DNA of 64,000 nucleotides from Hypanus sabinus (lineage: Eukaryota), in contig NC_082708.1 in assembly GCF_030144855.1 (NCBI RefSeq), positions 102,114,001 to 102,178,000 of the forward strand, read 5' to 3'. A program made the translations under genes and the position numbers. The notes beneath the pieces are model-generated. The model was given only the letters and a program-made list of their open reading frames with translations, was not told the origin of the DNA and did not search any database. This document shows, piece after piece, positions 1-12,204 of this stretch (positions are counted from its first letter, which is position 1; every line of letters begins with the position of its first letter).

Positions 1-185
1 AAATTGATCTCAATGCTGAAATCAGTAGGATGAAACTGGGTTAGAAATTTTCATATGCAAGAGGGAGGTGTGATGGATATTCATTGTCCTGGAACAGGAG
101 TTCTTATGTTTGCTAAGCTTGCTCTCTAATCACAAGCAGCTACCACCTGTAAAATCAAAAACTGATGTAAGTAAACTTCCAGACA

Positions 186-515
186 ATGAATAAACTCCTC
201 TCGGGCTTCCAGCTGGGGGGTGGGGAGGGGGAAGGGGAGGAGGAGGGGGAGGAGGGGGAGGAGTAGAAGAAGCGGGGAGGGGGAGGAGGGGGAGGAGGAG
301 GAGGAGGAGAAGACTGCCAACTTCATCAGGAATAATACCTGAACATGTCTAGTCAGGTGGTATTTATACCCCGGTCATCCGTCTCTCCTGAGAACACTGG
401 ACTAGACATGCCCAGGCATCATCCTTGATGAAGATGGCAGAGTTTGTCATCAGAAATGTTGGTTTAAATCAACACCTGTACCCGGCTGGAAGCCCATGAA
501 GAATTTATTCTTCAT
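186..515. mobile_element. Short non-coding Penelope-like derivative made of two inverted terminal-repeat (pLTR) arms
   Basis: aataaactcctctcgggcttccagctggg (~190-218) is the near reverse complement of cccggctggaagcccatgaagaatttatt (481-509). ctgccaacttcatcaggaataatacctgaacatgtctagtc (~314-354) pairs with gactagacatgcccaggcatcatccttgatgaagatggcag (~400-440). The right arm carries a hammerhead-like motif. Confidence 0.65.
214..312 (+). repeat. G/A-rich low-complexity tract with (GGA)n and G-runs
   Basis: Directly visible purine tract; it explains the Leu/Pro/Ser ORF 126..326. Confidence 0.95.
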
Positions 516-535
516 ATACTGTACACCAGGAAAGC

Positions 536-724
536 ACTAGGTTCTCTTTCCAGTTAACAACTTGATTAACTTCTGGTCATAAAATGAAGTTAGTCTTTAG
601 TTCTTAAAATATAAATGGAAAGCAGCAATCAGATTGAGGTTAAAAAAAACTCTCTACAGAAAGAAACTGTATATATAAGCTCTGTATATACTCTGTGGGA
701 ATTCACTGCACCTGCTTTATTATT
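536..724 (+). repeat. 189-bp direct repeat, copy 1
   Basis: Matches 984-1172 except gtgggaattc vs gtggaaattc (one difference seen). Confidence 0.95.
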
Positions 725-983
725 GCACAAGGTAGAGTGTAAGACAATGGGTTGTTTAATTTGGTTTGTTTCAAACAGACAAGTTGACTCTTAGGTTGCT
801 TCGTTCAAGGAATGTTGAAGAAAAGATGAACATTATCATTTAGCATATCAATAACTAATGTGTCTATTATTGGAAGAGGTTTATATGCTCAAGGAGGTTA
901 GCTTTACAGCATTAATTGTGAAATCTGAGGTCTGTGTTTCTGAAAATGCTTTTAGACAGTTTGTGCTAGAAGTATATCTGAGG

Positions 984-1172
984 ACTAGGTTCTCTTTCCA
1001 GTTAACAACTTGATTAACTTCTGGTCATAAAATGAAGTTAGTCTTTAGTTCTTAAAATATAAATGGAAAGCAGCAATCAGATTGAGGTTAAAAAAAACTC
1101 TCTACAGAAAGAAACTGTATATATAAGCTCTGTATATACTCTGTGGAAATTCACTGCACCTGCTTTATTATT
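984..1172 (+). repeat. 189-bp direct repeat, copy 2
   Basis: Near-identical to 536-724; offset 448 bp. Confidence 0.95.
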
Positions 1173-3681
1173 CAGTCACTCAAGTGGCTGAAAAGAATAT
1201 AAACGTATAGAGCAGCTCAGGCTTACTAGGAATAGGGTAAGCAACATCAAAAAGCAACATGAGGAATCCATTCCTCTCACTTTGGTTTTTGTGACAGACG
1301 ACTTGTTTGTCTGTAACTTGAGGGTACTTTATATTTTAGTTAATAGGAATTACACCTGTGTTTTGGAAATCCTTTTTCTTTTATGTTTAAGAAATGCTTT
1401 ATGTTTATGAAATAATTGTAATTTGGAAATATTTAAGATAGAAATTCTCTGTGAGTTTTAAATGTGTGTGAAGAATGTATGGATTTAAATGTGTGGCACT
1501 GTAAGTTAATGAACTGTGTTTTAAACTCCTTTGATTGCTGGATGTATCTTCTCCTTGGTAGGAAGGATGGAGTGACCACTCCAATGGTGGGTATTAGCAG
1601 TTAAACTTGCCATGGAGAATAAAGAGGGAGGTAAAAATGTCATGGAAGATTGGGTAATTGCGGTATGCTTTCCCTTTAATGAGAATACTCATGTGGCTCT
1701 TTACCATACTGTGCAAAATTCTTAGGCATATATATGGAGCTAGACTGCCCAAGATTTTTGCACAGTACTGTACAAGAAAAATGTACATTTACAAAATTGA
1801 AAAAAGAGTACAGTTCTCCTACTGAGAATTCTGTCTATATCTTTAATTCTTAATTTTTCAGGAAAAAAAAGTCATTACAAAGGAATTGGTTATGTCCCTC
1901 CCATGGGAGTGAACAACCATTGGTGTGCTGTTAGCTTGATATTCTGATACCAATCATATCATCTGCAAAAATTTCTTCCCATTTTGATGATTCTGGATTC
2001 TAGTATAATTAATCATGTCTTTCCCCTTTACTTTCTTGAGGATTGGACCTAACTGAGAATAATTGACACATCTTCCCAACTTTTCTACTTTCCCAGAAAA
2101 CTTTAACTGATCAAAGCTACACAGGCAGGATGCTTTCTACATGGAGAGCTTACTTGCAAAGCTCTTCTATAGAAAGTGCTTTTAACTTCAACCTGATTAC
2201 TGCTTTCCATTTACATTTTAAGAAATGAAGACTGACTTCATTTTGTGACCACAGTTAAGCAAATTGTTCATTGGAAACTTACATGTGTTTTTGATCTTAC
2301 AAGTAGTAGCTGCTTGTGTTTAGAAAGGAAGCTTAGCAAACTTAAGACCTCCTTTCGCAGGATAGTGAATATCCATCACAACCTATACTCTCACTTCATT
2401 TCTTTTCTGCATATTTGCAATAAGGCCAGGAGCAGAGTGAGTTGGATGATTTTCCAAAATTCTCCAGGTTGTAAGATGGAAAACATGATGGCAATTTTCA
2501 AACACTGAAGAACAAGGCAAATTAGCACCTTAAACCAGTCAGCTTAGCGCATGTAGTCAACGACATGATGGAATCCTTCTCTCACGATGTGCTAATGAGG
2601 TACTTAGAGAATCATGGCGTGATTGAGCAATGAAAACTGCATTGCTCCTGCATAATATACTGTATATGGTTTAGCTAGGCCAAGACATGCCTGTTTTCTG
2701 ATTCTGATGTCTGGTTACTAGCAGTTATAGTCCAGGTTACACGTGTACACTTCCCATGGTACTTCATAGGATAGCTCCTTGTTAAAGAACATTAGTGCTC
2801 ATCTGCCTAAAGACAACCATAGGGAATCAAAGCAGATAGGAAAAAATGCAAGTCATGACAAAGCATTGGTGCTGCTGATTTTCATCTATAGAATGAAAGG
2901 ACGTAGTATTTGAAAATAAACTCATTCATCAGCTGTTCTCAGATCATCGATCTCCTTCCTGCACTACATTTATATCTAGAATTGATACTCCGACCATTGA
3001 TATTCACTATTACTTCTTCATACTGCCTCCTGAGCTTCCGCCTTGAAGCCTTCCACTCCATCCCAAGGTGGGTAGAGCACATCTCTCTTTCTTTTCACCT
3101 CTTGCAACAAGATCTATAGAGCACTGTTAAAAATGCTTGACCTTGTTCACTTCCACGTTCAGCCATTTCTGTAGTATCACAGCCTGAGATTCACTCTATA
3201 AAAACTCTTATCATTACTTGGAGCCACAGTCCACATATGTCTGCATGTAGTGTGCATGCAGTTTACTGTCTCAGGCAGTCTGTGAACAGCACAGTAAATG
3301 CAAGCTGCACACAGAAACCATTTAACACAGCAGCAGCACCTTTGCCATAATGTAGCTAACATATTGAGCAGGTCCAGTTTAATTATGTACCACAATCCCC
3401 ATGCCTAACATTATCAGGAGCCTATCTAATCCATATGAAATCTATCTTGTCTCAAACCCTTAGACACCTATTTGATTAATGGCTGTTCTAAACAAAGGCA
3501 GTCAAAGGCAATCAAGCAAGTCTCCTGGTTATTTATCCATCTTGTGTATTCCATCCTCTGTAGGTAAACTCTTTTCCCAAACACATTTTGTACATGGATA
3601 ATTATGTTTATTACCTGCAATTTGATTGACATTTTTGAAAATACTTAAGGAAGGAAATAATTGATGCAGTATTAACAGGCT

Positions 3682-4891
3682 GCACACACAAATCGCTGGA
3701 GGAACCTGTTACTTGTAAAAATGCTATTCCTTTCCCTCAATTCTTCCATCTCTGCCGCATCTGCTCTCAGGATGAGGCTTTTCATTCCAGAATGAAGGAG
3801 ATATTCTCCTACTTCAAAGGAGCCTACCTTCCTCCACCATCAATGCTGCCCTCAATCTCATTTATTCCATTTTTTGCATGTCACCCATCCTCCTGCCACC
3901 AAACCAGGGATAGGGTCCCTCTTGTCCTCACCTATCACCCCACCAGCCTCTGTGTCCAGCAGGTAATTCTGCGTAACTTCCGCCATCTCCAATGGGGTCC
4001 CACCACCAAGCACCCCCCCCCCCCCCACTTTCCGCTTTCCACAAGGATCCCTTGTCCAATTATCCCTCCCGGCACTTATCCTTGCAAGTGAAACTAGTGA
4101 TACATCTTACCTACATCTCCTCCCTCACTACCACTTAGGGCCCCAAACACCCCTTCTAGGTGAGGCAACACTTCACCTGTGAGTCTGCAGGGGTCATCTA
4201 CTGTATCCGGTGTTCCCGGTGTGACCTCTTCTATATTGCTTAGACCTGACGAATATTGGGAGACCGCTTCGCTAAGCACCAATGCATCATCTGCTACAAA
4301 AAGTGGGATCACCCAGTGGCCAACCATTTTATTTCCACTTCACTTTCCCATTCCGTCATGTCAGTTCATGGCCTCCTATACTACTGAGACGGTGCCATAC
4401 TCAGGTTGGAGGAGCAACACCTTTTATTTTGTCTGGCATGAACATTGATTTCTTGAACTTCTGGTAATGCCACTTAATCCCTTCACCATTCCCCATTTCA
4501 TTTCCCTCTCTCGCTTTCTCTTCTTACCTGCATATCACTTCCCTCTGGTGATCCTCCCCTTTTTCTTTCTTCTATGGTATTCTGTCTTCTTCTATCAGAT
4601 TCTCCCTTCTCTATCCCTGTATCTCTTTCACTAATCAACTTCCCAGCTCTTTACTTCACCCCTCCCTCCTTCCTGGTTTCACCTATCACCTTGTATTTCT
4701 TCCTCCCCTCCCCCAACTTCTAACTCTGACTCCTCATTTTTTTTCCCTCCAGTCTTGATGAAAGGTTTCAGCCCAAAACATCATCTGTACTCTTTTCCAG
4801 AGATGCTGCCTGGCCTGCTGAATTCCTCCAACATTTTGTGTGTGTTGCTTGGATTTCCAACATCTGCAGATATTCTCTTATTTGTGATTTG
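3682..4891 (+). mobile_element. 5'-truncated Penelope-like element (GIY-YIG region plus 3' pLTR) with a short inverted pLTR piece at its 5' end
   Basis: Peptides RDRVPLVLTYHP and PGTYPCK match the long copy at 35743-38604. 3' tail ...gctgcctggcctgctgaattcctccaacattttgtgtg; inverted cacacacaaatcgctggaggaac at 3683-3705. TSD agtattaacaggct (3668-3681) / agtattaagaggct (4892-4905). Confidence 0.9.
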
Positions 4892-5485
4892 AGTATTAAG
4901 AGGCTATTTTGTTCCACATAGACACTTGTTGAAGGGAAAACAGAATTAGCCTATTTGTCTCACTTGAATAAATGTAGTTTATTTTATGAAAACAAATGCA
5001 CGTTATCTTAATGAGATGTACCAGCTTAGAAATTTTCTTTCAGCTTGTAACATTGTGTTTTTTGTTGATTGCTGTGATTTAAAAGTCCCAGGAGGCATTA
5101 AAACCAATATCTCAACATTGAACACTTGTGTAGTAGCAGCTTTCCTAGACCAGTATATCTAACCTCCACATGAGTCACTGCACTGAGAATGTGGTGGGCA
5201 CTAACTGATACAGGGTACAAAGTAACAGGAACACATGAGTGCAAGTTTGCCAGGAGCAACAATGAAGATCTTAATGAGTAAAAGTTAGCAAAAGAAGATT
5301 TTTTCATACCGAAGACTGAGGGGAAATAGCAAATGTGGGAGGAGATTACTATGGATATTATAGATAGCAAACCTACCTGATAAACATGGCTTCCTAGCTG
5401 CAAAAACAGTGATTTGGTAGGATTCCATCTCATAGAGTATTCTGTTGTAAGTACTGGGTATACTTTTGTTTATGACTATGATCCA

Positions 5486-5909
5486 CCCCTCCAACAACCT
5501 TGTCATAGGGTTTGGAGGCTTGCGTGCCTCAATGACCCAGAGACCTGCAGTATATTGGCTGGAGTCAGGACCATGTGTTTTGATTCTTGGCAGGGTCACC
5601 TATGCCTACAGGTCAAAGGGTAGAGGTCAAAGAGTGGCCCACTGGTTCTCCAGGTTCAGAATTTCAACTCAGGGCTAACAACCCTGACTGTTAAAAAAAA
5701 GTTACAGAAACAGCAATGAAGAATCGTATATCTGTGTGCGATAGTATTCCTGAATCCTCATCCAGACAGTAGCGAAAACCAAGAGGAAGCTACTGGCATG
5801 ATGAAGGAAGCCCTGAACACCACCAAGATCAAGACCAAAATTGGCCAAGGAGAGACAGAGATGGAGGACCTTCATTGATGCCTAAATGCTATTTGGCTAA
5901 CAGGCAGTA
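5486..5909 (+). mobile_element. Short non-autonomous RTE-derived element (5' region fused to 3' end)
   Basis: Perfect 11-bp TSD actatgatcca (5475-5485 and 5910-5920). RTE-like segments gggctaacaaccc and gagatggaggaccttcattgatgcc...cagtaa. Family assignment is by resemblance. Confidence 0.65.
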
Positions 5910-6169
5910 ACTATGATCCAGTAAAATCATAGTCATAATCAACAATAAGCACAGAGCTCACACCTCCTTGCCCTTCATATTCCATGTCCCTGCCAATATA
6001 CTCCTGCACTATCACCATTTTTCTCTTCTGTGCAAGAGACACTTTAAACTGCAGATTGAAATAAGGAGACATTTTGATCCTACTGTTTGTGTGAGGAATG
6101 GATAGTTTATTGGTCTGCCAAAAGCAAAATAAATAATCTCAGAAATATAAAATAAGAATATTTATGAGC

Positions 6170-7000
6170 AACATGAATCAGATGGCGTTTGGCAAGCATA
6201 ACTAAAACTGATCAGTGAGCAAGTGAATTGGAGAAGAGGAATTTTACAAAGTTAAAGAGAAAGAAAAGGAAAACAATATGAGAGCAGCAAAGTAGTAATG
6301 TTAACTAGACTCTGTCAGGGAAGGACAGAGTATTTAGACAGAGATTCTTCAATTAAAGTCAGAGTAGGAATAGGTGGTAAACAGGTAAAATATTTTTACG
6401 TCACAGTACATACAGAATTGTAAAAAGATAGATGCATCCATAACACAAGTATAAATAAAAGGGTGTTTTCCAATAGCCTTTACAGAAATAGAGTTGCAAA
6501 ATGACCTAGAGTGGTATTTTCATTTGGGAAATAAGAAAATGACAAAGAAATATATATTTAGTGCTATTTTTCCACAAAAGAATACACAGAATATATCCCA
6601 AAATCATGGTGAATAACAGCTTCAGAGTAAATCAGTAGATAAAAAACATAGCAGTAATTCAAAAATAAAGAAATTAATGGGTTTAAAAGTCAATAAATCC
6701 CCAGGGATTTATTGATCATATCCATCAAGGATTTGAAAAAGGCGGCGATGGTGATAATAGTTGCACCCACTGTCATTTTCCAAAATTCTACAGATTATCA
6801 AACATTTCTTACAGAATTAGAGGAGAAAAAATATATCCTGGCCATTTAATAAAAACGCCGAATAAAAATTATGAATCACAAACCAGTTAGCTTAAATTCA
6901 GGTATAGGGTCTTTAGGAAAGAAGTGTTAATGAAGCCCTTAGAAAATAATAATAGAACCGGGCAGATTCAGCACAAACTTAGAATTCCTTGATAGTTGAT
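6170..7000 (+). mobile_element. Highly decayed CR1-like LINE ORF2 remnant
   Basis: Remnants such as aaattaatgggtttaaaagtcaataaatccccaggg and aaccagttagctta resemble the KxDKSPGxD and YRPVSL regions of the younger CR1 copies in this window. Confidence 0.5.
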
Positions 7001-7029
7001 AATGAGATAGGAACAGTCTCTCCCTCAGC

Positions 7030-7970
7030 ATCAATAAAATTAAAGAGCTTCAGAAAGGGGAAGGAAGACAATTCTACAGCAGTCTACATCGGGGGAATGG
7101 GCGGTGGAGACAGTCAGCAGCTTTAAAACTGGGTGACCTGTGATGGGCCCAGCGCATAGATGCAGCCAGAAGGAATGTGCACCAGCCAGGGTCTTTACTT
7201 CATTTGGAGGTTAAGGTTTATGGCTTGTCACTAAAGACTCTAATAAAATTCTGCTGATGTATTGTTCAAATTATTCTGACTAATTGCTTCATGGTCTGGT
7301 ACAGCTGTTCAAATGCACAGGAATGTGAGAAGCTGCAGAGTACTGGATTTGGCCCAATACATCACAGGAACATCCTCCCCACCATTGATAATGTCTACAG
7401 GAAGTGCTTCCCCAAGAAGGCCATACACCACCAAAAATGCCCACCATCTGGTCCATATCATCTTCCTGTAACTACCATCAGACAGCAGGTACGGAAGACT
7501 GAAAAACCTTACCACCATGTTCAGGAACATCTACCATTCAGTTCTTGATTCAATCAGCAAAACCCTAATCACTACAGTTTAGTAACACTTTGATCATTTT
7601 GATCACTTTGCATTAAAATAGATCTGTTTTTGTTTTGTTCTATATAACCATATAACAATTACAGCACAGAAACAGGCCATTTCAGCCCTTCTAGTCCGTG
7701 CTGAATGCTTACTCTCACCTAATCCCACTGACCTGCACTCAGCCCATAACCCTCCATTCCTTTCCTGTCCATATACCTATCCAATTTTACTTCAAATGGC
7801 AATACCGAACCTGCCTCTATCATTTCCACTGGACGCTCATTTCACATAGCTACCACTAATTGTGTACTTTCACATAAAATTTGTACATAATTGATGTTAA
7901 TTTAAGTTTCACTTGTGAAATTTGCTGTTATGTGCCTGTGATGCTGCTACAAGCAAGGTCTTTTTGTCAC
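7030..7970 (+). mobile_element. Rex1/Babar-like LINE 3' fragment, interrupted by a minus-strand CR1 3' end (~7645-7857)
   Basis: ORF 7291..7548 (WYSCSNAQECEKLQ...LPTIDNVYRKC) is homologous to the C-terminus of the Rex-like copy at 33405..33641. The insert begins ataaccatataacaattacagcacagaaacaggcc. Confidence 0.7.
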
Positions 7971-9589
7971 AATCAAGAATCATTTTTAAAAGAAGAAATG
8001 TTTTTTCAGTTAGCAAGTGGACTGTATGTTCTTGGTGTCACCTCCTGGGTTTGTGATGTTCCTTGGATTGTTTACCTTTTATGTCTAATTGTTTATCCTT
8101 GACTAGCTCTGGGTTTTCACTTTGTTTGCAGGTGTCTCATTTGGGATCATAGGGATTTGTAAGCTCTCTGTGTATTTATCACTTTTAATCAATTTGGGCT
8201 AATTTAATGAGCACGGTATTTTCAATGCCTTACTCAGTCATTGTGGTTCCTTGTCTGGTGTATCTCAGACCGAGTTCTCCTGTGTACTGTGAGTGATTTC
8301 AAGTTGTCACAATTCTGTGCAGTTTGCCTGAGTTACTGTTAGCTTTGTTAATTTCTGCAATAAATCTTTAGTTTTGTTTGACTTGCCAATGTCTCTGTGA
8401 TTCCTGCACTTGAGTTTGCTGTGACCCTTACACTTTCATTCCATCTGTGCATCTATGCACTTGTGCATGGCACAAGAGACTTTATTACTGCCACATATAC
8501 TTCCGTTTTGCATGTTATCTAGACAGATCAGTACATTGGGGCAGTACAAAGGGAAAAGCAATAATGAAATGTAGCATTTAATGAGAGTGATGGGCAAAGT
8601 CATTTCAGGTTGAAAGATAAGATTCAAGGACCATGATGAGACTGACTGAAATATCAAGATTTTACCTTTATCATTTTCACATTTGTTTATTTATCACATG
8701 TACTTCAAAACATACAGTGAAATGCAGCATTTACACCAAAAACAAACAGAACCTAAGGTTGTACAGGAGGCAGACCGCAAGTGTAGCCACACATTTTGAC
8801 ACCGACATAGCATGTCCATCGTGTTTGCAGAACATACTGAACAACAGCAGCAACAAAACAGGTCTCTTACTTCCCTCCCACCCAGCCAGCCCTGCGCACA
8901 CAGAGACAGTCCTGTCATCCCAGGACAGGCTGCTTCCTGCCTGCAGCCTCCAGTGGACTCAGATTCATAGAATATTGGGCCTTTGACTTACCCAGCCGAC
9001 TTGCAGGCTAGCTTTGGCCATTACGCCAACTTCTTATTGACCTGCAAGCTTTTTATTGACCTTTGGGCTTCTCTCCTTGGTATTCATACCAAGATGCACC
9101 AATGACATCAAATGAGGACCCTGATGAGGACTCCAAACTGCAGGCCTCGTACTCTGGTCTTGTCATAGACAGGACCCAGAAAACTAGTCCTTGACTTCTG
9201 TTCTCACTGACTTGCATCGCTAGGGCTTCACAAACCTTCATGCCTCTTGCCCACATGGAAATCTGATCCGAGAACTCACTGATAACTCTCTTGCCTGGAG
9301 GGCAACGAGCCCTTGTTCTCACTGACTGTCCTGACATCTGACCATGATCAGCTCAAGAGTCTTATCAAAGTGGGTTAGCAGCAGTTTCTTCTGCCCAGTA
9401 GAAACAGAGAGAAGAGACAATGGCCATAGTGGGAGGAGTCTAAGCTTTTTTTAAAGTTCAGTAGTCCTCCTATAGTGCTACAAGAAGTTAATAAATTAAA
9501 CTAGAGCAGATGGCTTTGAAGTCTATATACTGGGTTGGATTAAAGGGCAAAGGACAAAAATTGGGAACAAAAGAGATTGGCCAGCAGTA

Positions 9590-10180
9590 TGAAACGTGCT
9601 GGCACCAAGTCTTCCTCCATGGGAGTGGATTGCTCAAAGTTGTCACGGGACTTTCATTGAGGAAACCAAGCACAGATTGGGTGATTACCCTATAGAAAGT
9701 CTTTGTTCAGTCTGCAAGGGCAGCACAGAATTGTTTGTTGCCTTTTACTTTGATTCTCTGTTCCATTTCCACTCTGAATTCTCTATACAGTATTGTTTCA
9801 TGGATGCTCAACATAAGCTAGAGGATCAGAGCTTCAATTTCCATTGGGTTATTTTGTGGCCTTGGGACTTCATATTGGACTTACCAATTTCAAGTGGCCA
9901 CACCTTTTCCCTCTCTCTGCATTTATGACTATGTTTTTCTATTCAACTATTTTTCATTTTTTTTCTTTACCGTCTCTGCAATTTTTATGACAACTCTGGT
10001 CTGCACCTCATCATAGGCATTCCCTAGGTTCTTTGTGTCCTTCCCCACACCTGCCTCAATAACTTAAACATGGCTGTTTCCTTACATTTTCATTTCTGAA
10101 GAAGATTTCTTGACCTGAACCTTCAGCTCTTTCTTTCTCTGTGGATGCTGCTTGGACTGCTGACAGCTTCCAACACTTTC
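9590..10180 (+). mobile_element. Old, degenerate Penelope-like fragment (GIY-YIG plus tail)
   Basis: ORF 9596..9928 (FIEETKHRLGD...FHFHS...KLEDQ). Tail ctgaagaag...ggatgctgcttggactgctgacagcttccaacact. Confidence 0.65.
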
Positions 10181-10379
10181 TCTCTACCGTTCATTCTCTC
10201 TTAGCAGAGCCCAAAAGTAGATAGAATACATAAAGTTGCCGGGACAGTTGGCTTCCAAATACATAGAATCACATTTTGTAAATGAAAAATGAGCATTTAT
10301 TGTTGATCCATATTTAATGTTGAACTGAAAAGTTAAAAGGCAATCACATTCCTGTGGAATTGGAGTCACACAAAACCCT

Positions 10380-11127
10380 AAACACCGGGAGTTTTACAAA
10401 GTCACTCCCTCCTGGCACTTGCCCCCGCAAGCTGGAGAAATGCTACACCTGCCCACTCACCTCCTCCCTCACCTTCATTTAGGGCTGCAAAGAGTCCTTC
10501 ACCTGCAAATCTGTTGGAGTCATTTATTGTGTCTTGATGCAGGCTCCTGTGCAGTGGTTAGACCCGACGTAAATTGTGGGACTGCTTTGTCGAGCACTTC
10601 TGTTTCATCCGCCAAAAGTGGAATTTCTGATTCACCAATCATTTTAATTCCTATGCCCATCTGGGTTCTGGTGACATCCTCTTCTGCCATGCTGAGGCCG
10701 CACTCAGGGTGGAGCAGCAACACCTCATAGTCCATCTATGGCAGCCCTCAACCTGATGGCATGAGCATCGATTTCTCTTTCCATTATTTTTTTCTCTGCT
10801 TTTCTTTTCCCTTCCCTTTTCTTCTATTCCCCTCTTGCCTCTTCTCCTCAGCTGCCTATCTCCTCCTCTTGGTTCCCCTCCTTCTTCCCTTTCTTCTATG
10901 GTCCACTCTCCTTGCCTATCAGATTCCTTCTTCTCCAGCCCTATACCTTTCCCATTCATCTGGCTTCACCTATCACCTTCAAACTTGTCCTCCTTCCTCT
11001 CCTTCCTGCTTTTTTTATTCTGGTGTCTTCCACCTTCCTTTCCAGTCCTGATGAAGGGTCTTGGCCTGAAGCATCAACTGTTTATTCATTTCCTGACCAG
11101 CTGAGTTCCTCAACATTTTGTGTGTAG
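10380..11127 (+). mobile_element. Penelope-like element 3' fragment (GIY-YIG plus pLTR with hammerhead motif)
   Basis: Colinear with 35743-36600 on the minus strand; cagtcctgatgaagggtcttggcctgaagcatcaactg at 11043-11080. Confidence 0.88.
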
Positions 11128-11765
11128 TGAGGAATGTCAGCATTCTTTTCAGGAGGTCTAGAATACAAGAGCAGGGATGTGATGCTGAGGCACTGGTGAG
11201 GCCTCACCTTGAGTATTGTGAACAGTTTTAGCCTTCTCATCTAGGAAATGACGTGCTGGCATTGGAGATGGTTCAGAGGAGGCTCACAAGGATGATTCCC
11301 AGGAATGATGGTTGTCATATGAAGTACATTTGGTAGCTTTGGATCTGCTTTTGCTGGAATTCAGAAGGATGAGGGGGAATCTCATTGAAACCTTTTGAAT
11401 GTTGAAAGCCCTAGACAGAGTAAATGTGAAAAGGATATTTCCCATGGCGGCAGAGTCTAGGACAAGAGGGCACATCCTCAGGATAGAGGGGTGTCCATTT
11501 AAAACAGAGATATGGAAACATTTCTTTAGCCAGAGGGAGGTGAATTTATGGAATTTGTTGTCACAGGCAGCTGTGGAGGCCAAGTCATTGGGTGTATTTA
11601 AAGCAGAGATTGATAGTAGGTTTTTGATTGGACATGGCATCAAAGGCTACGGGGAGAAGGCTGAGGAGTGGAGCTGAGGAGGCGAAAAAAGTATCAAGCA
11701 TGATTGAATGGCAGAACAGACTCAATGGGCCAAATAGCCTAATTCTGCTCCTATATCTTATGGTC
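11128..11765 (+). mobile_element. CR1 LINE 3' end
   Basis: ORF 11399..11677 (SRTRGHILRIEG...FFSQREVNLWNLL...FKAEID) is the CR1 ORF2 C-terminus; 3' tail gggccaaatagcctaattctgctcctatatcttatgg. Confidence 0.92.
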
Positions 11766-12094
11766 TTAAGTTGCTCTGGACTTCCAGGACCTGGAGAATC
11801 TCTTGTGTTTACTATTATCAGTATTAGCTTTAGATTTAATTCTGTTAACTGCACCTAAATTCCCAGTTGCTATAGTGAGATTTACATTTATGCTTTTGGG
11901 ACACTTGTCCAGATCTCTGGTTTTAGTCTAGTGATTTAATTATTATGTTGTCCTCCCCTTACTGTACTGAGTTCGCAAACCAGAATCAAAAGGGTTCAGT
12001 TTTTGTGACTTCTAGGCATTGTCTGATCATCAAATGTGAATCATGTAGATCAGTACTTTATTTCCGGATGCCTTTATTCTCTTGCATTCCACAG

Positions 12095-12204
12095 ACAAGG
12101 ACGCTATGTCACCGGAATTTGAACTACCGTGGTATACCGAGAAGGGCTATGAAGCCATAAGGCACATTCACCAACAATATCCAACAACAAGGAGACCAGT
12201 GTGA
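12095..12204 (+). CDS. Candidate terminal coding exon of an unidentified host gene (xKDAMSPEFELPWYTEKGYEAIRHIHQQYPTTRRPV*)
   Basis: Strong acceptor ctttattctcttgcattccacag| at 12094. Phase-1 frame is open for 35 codons to TGA 12202-12204. Non-repeat context with several retained CpGs. Protein not recognised. Confidence 0.35.

Noticed and set aside
126-326. 66-aa Leu/Pro/Ser ORF resembling a signal peptide
   Set aside because: Translation of the G/A low-complexity tract on the minus strand.
8036-8432. Possible old solo LTR (TGTCAC start, AATAAA) or a 27-bp exon at 8132
   Set aside because: No convincing TSD or clean 3' end, and the splice signals could be LTR-derived; not supportable by eye.
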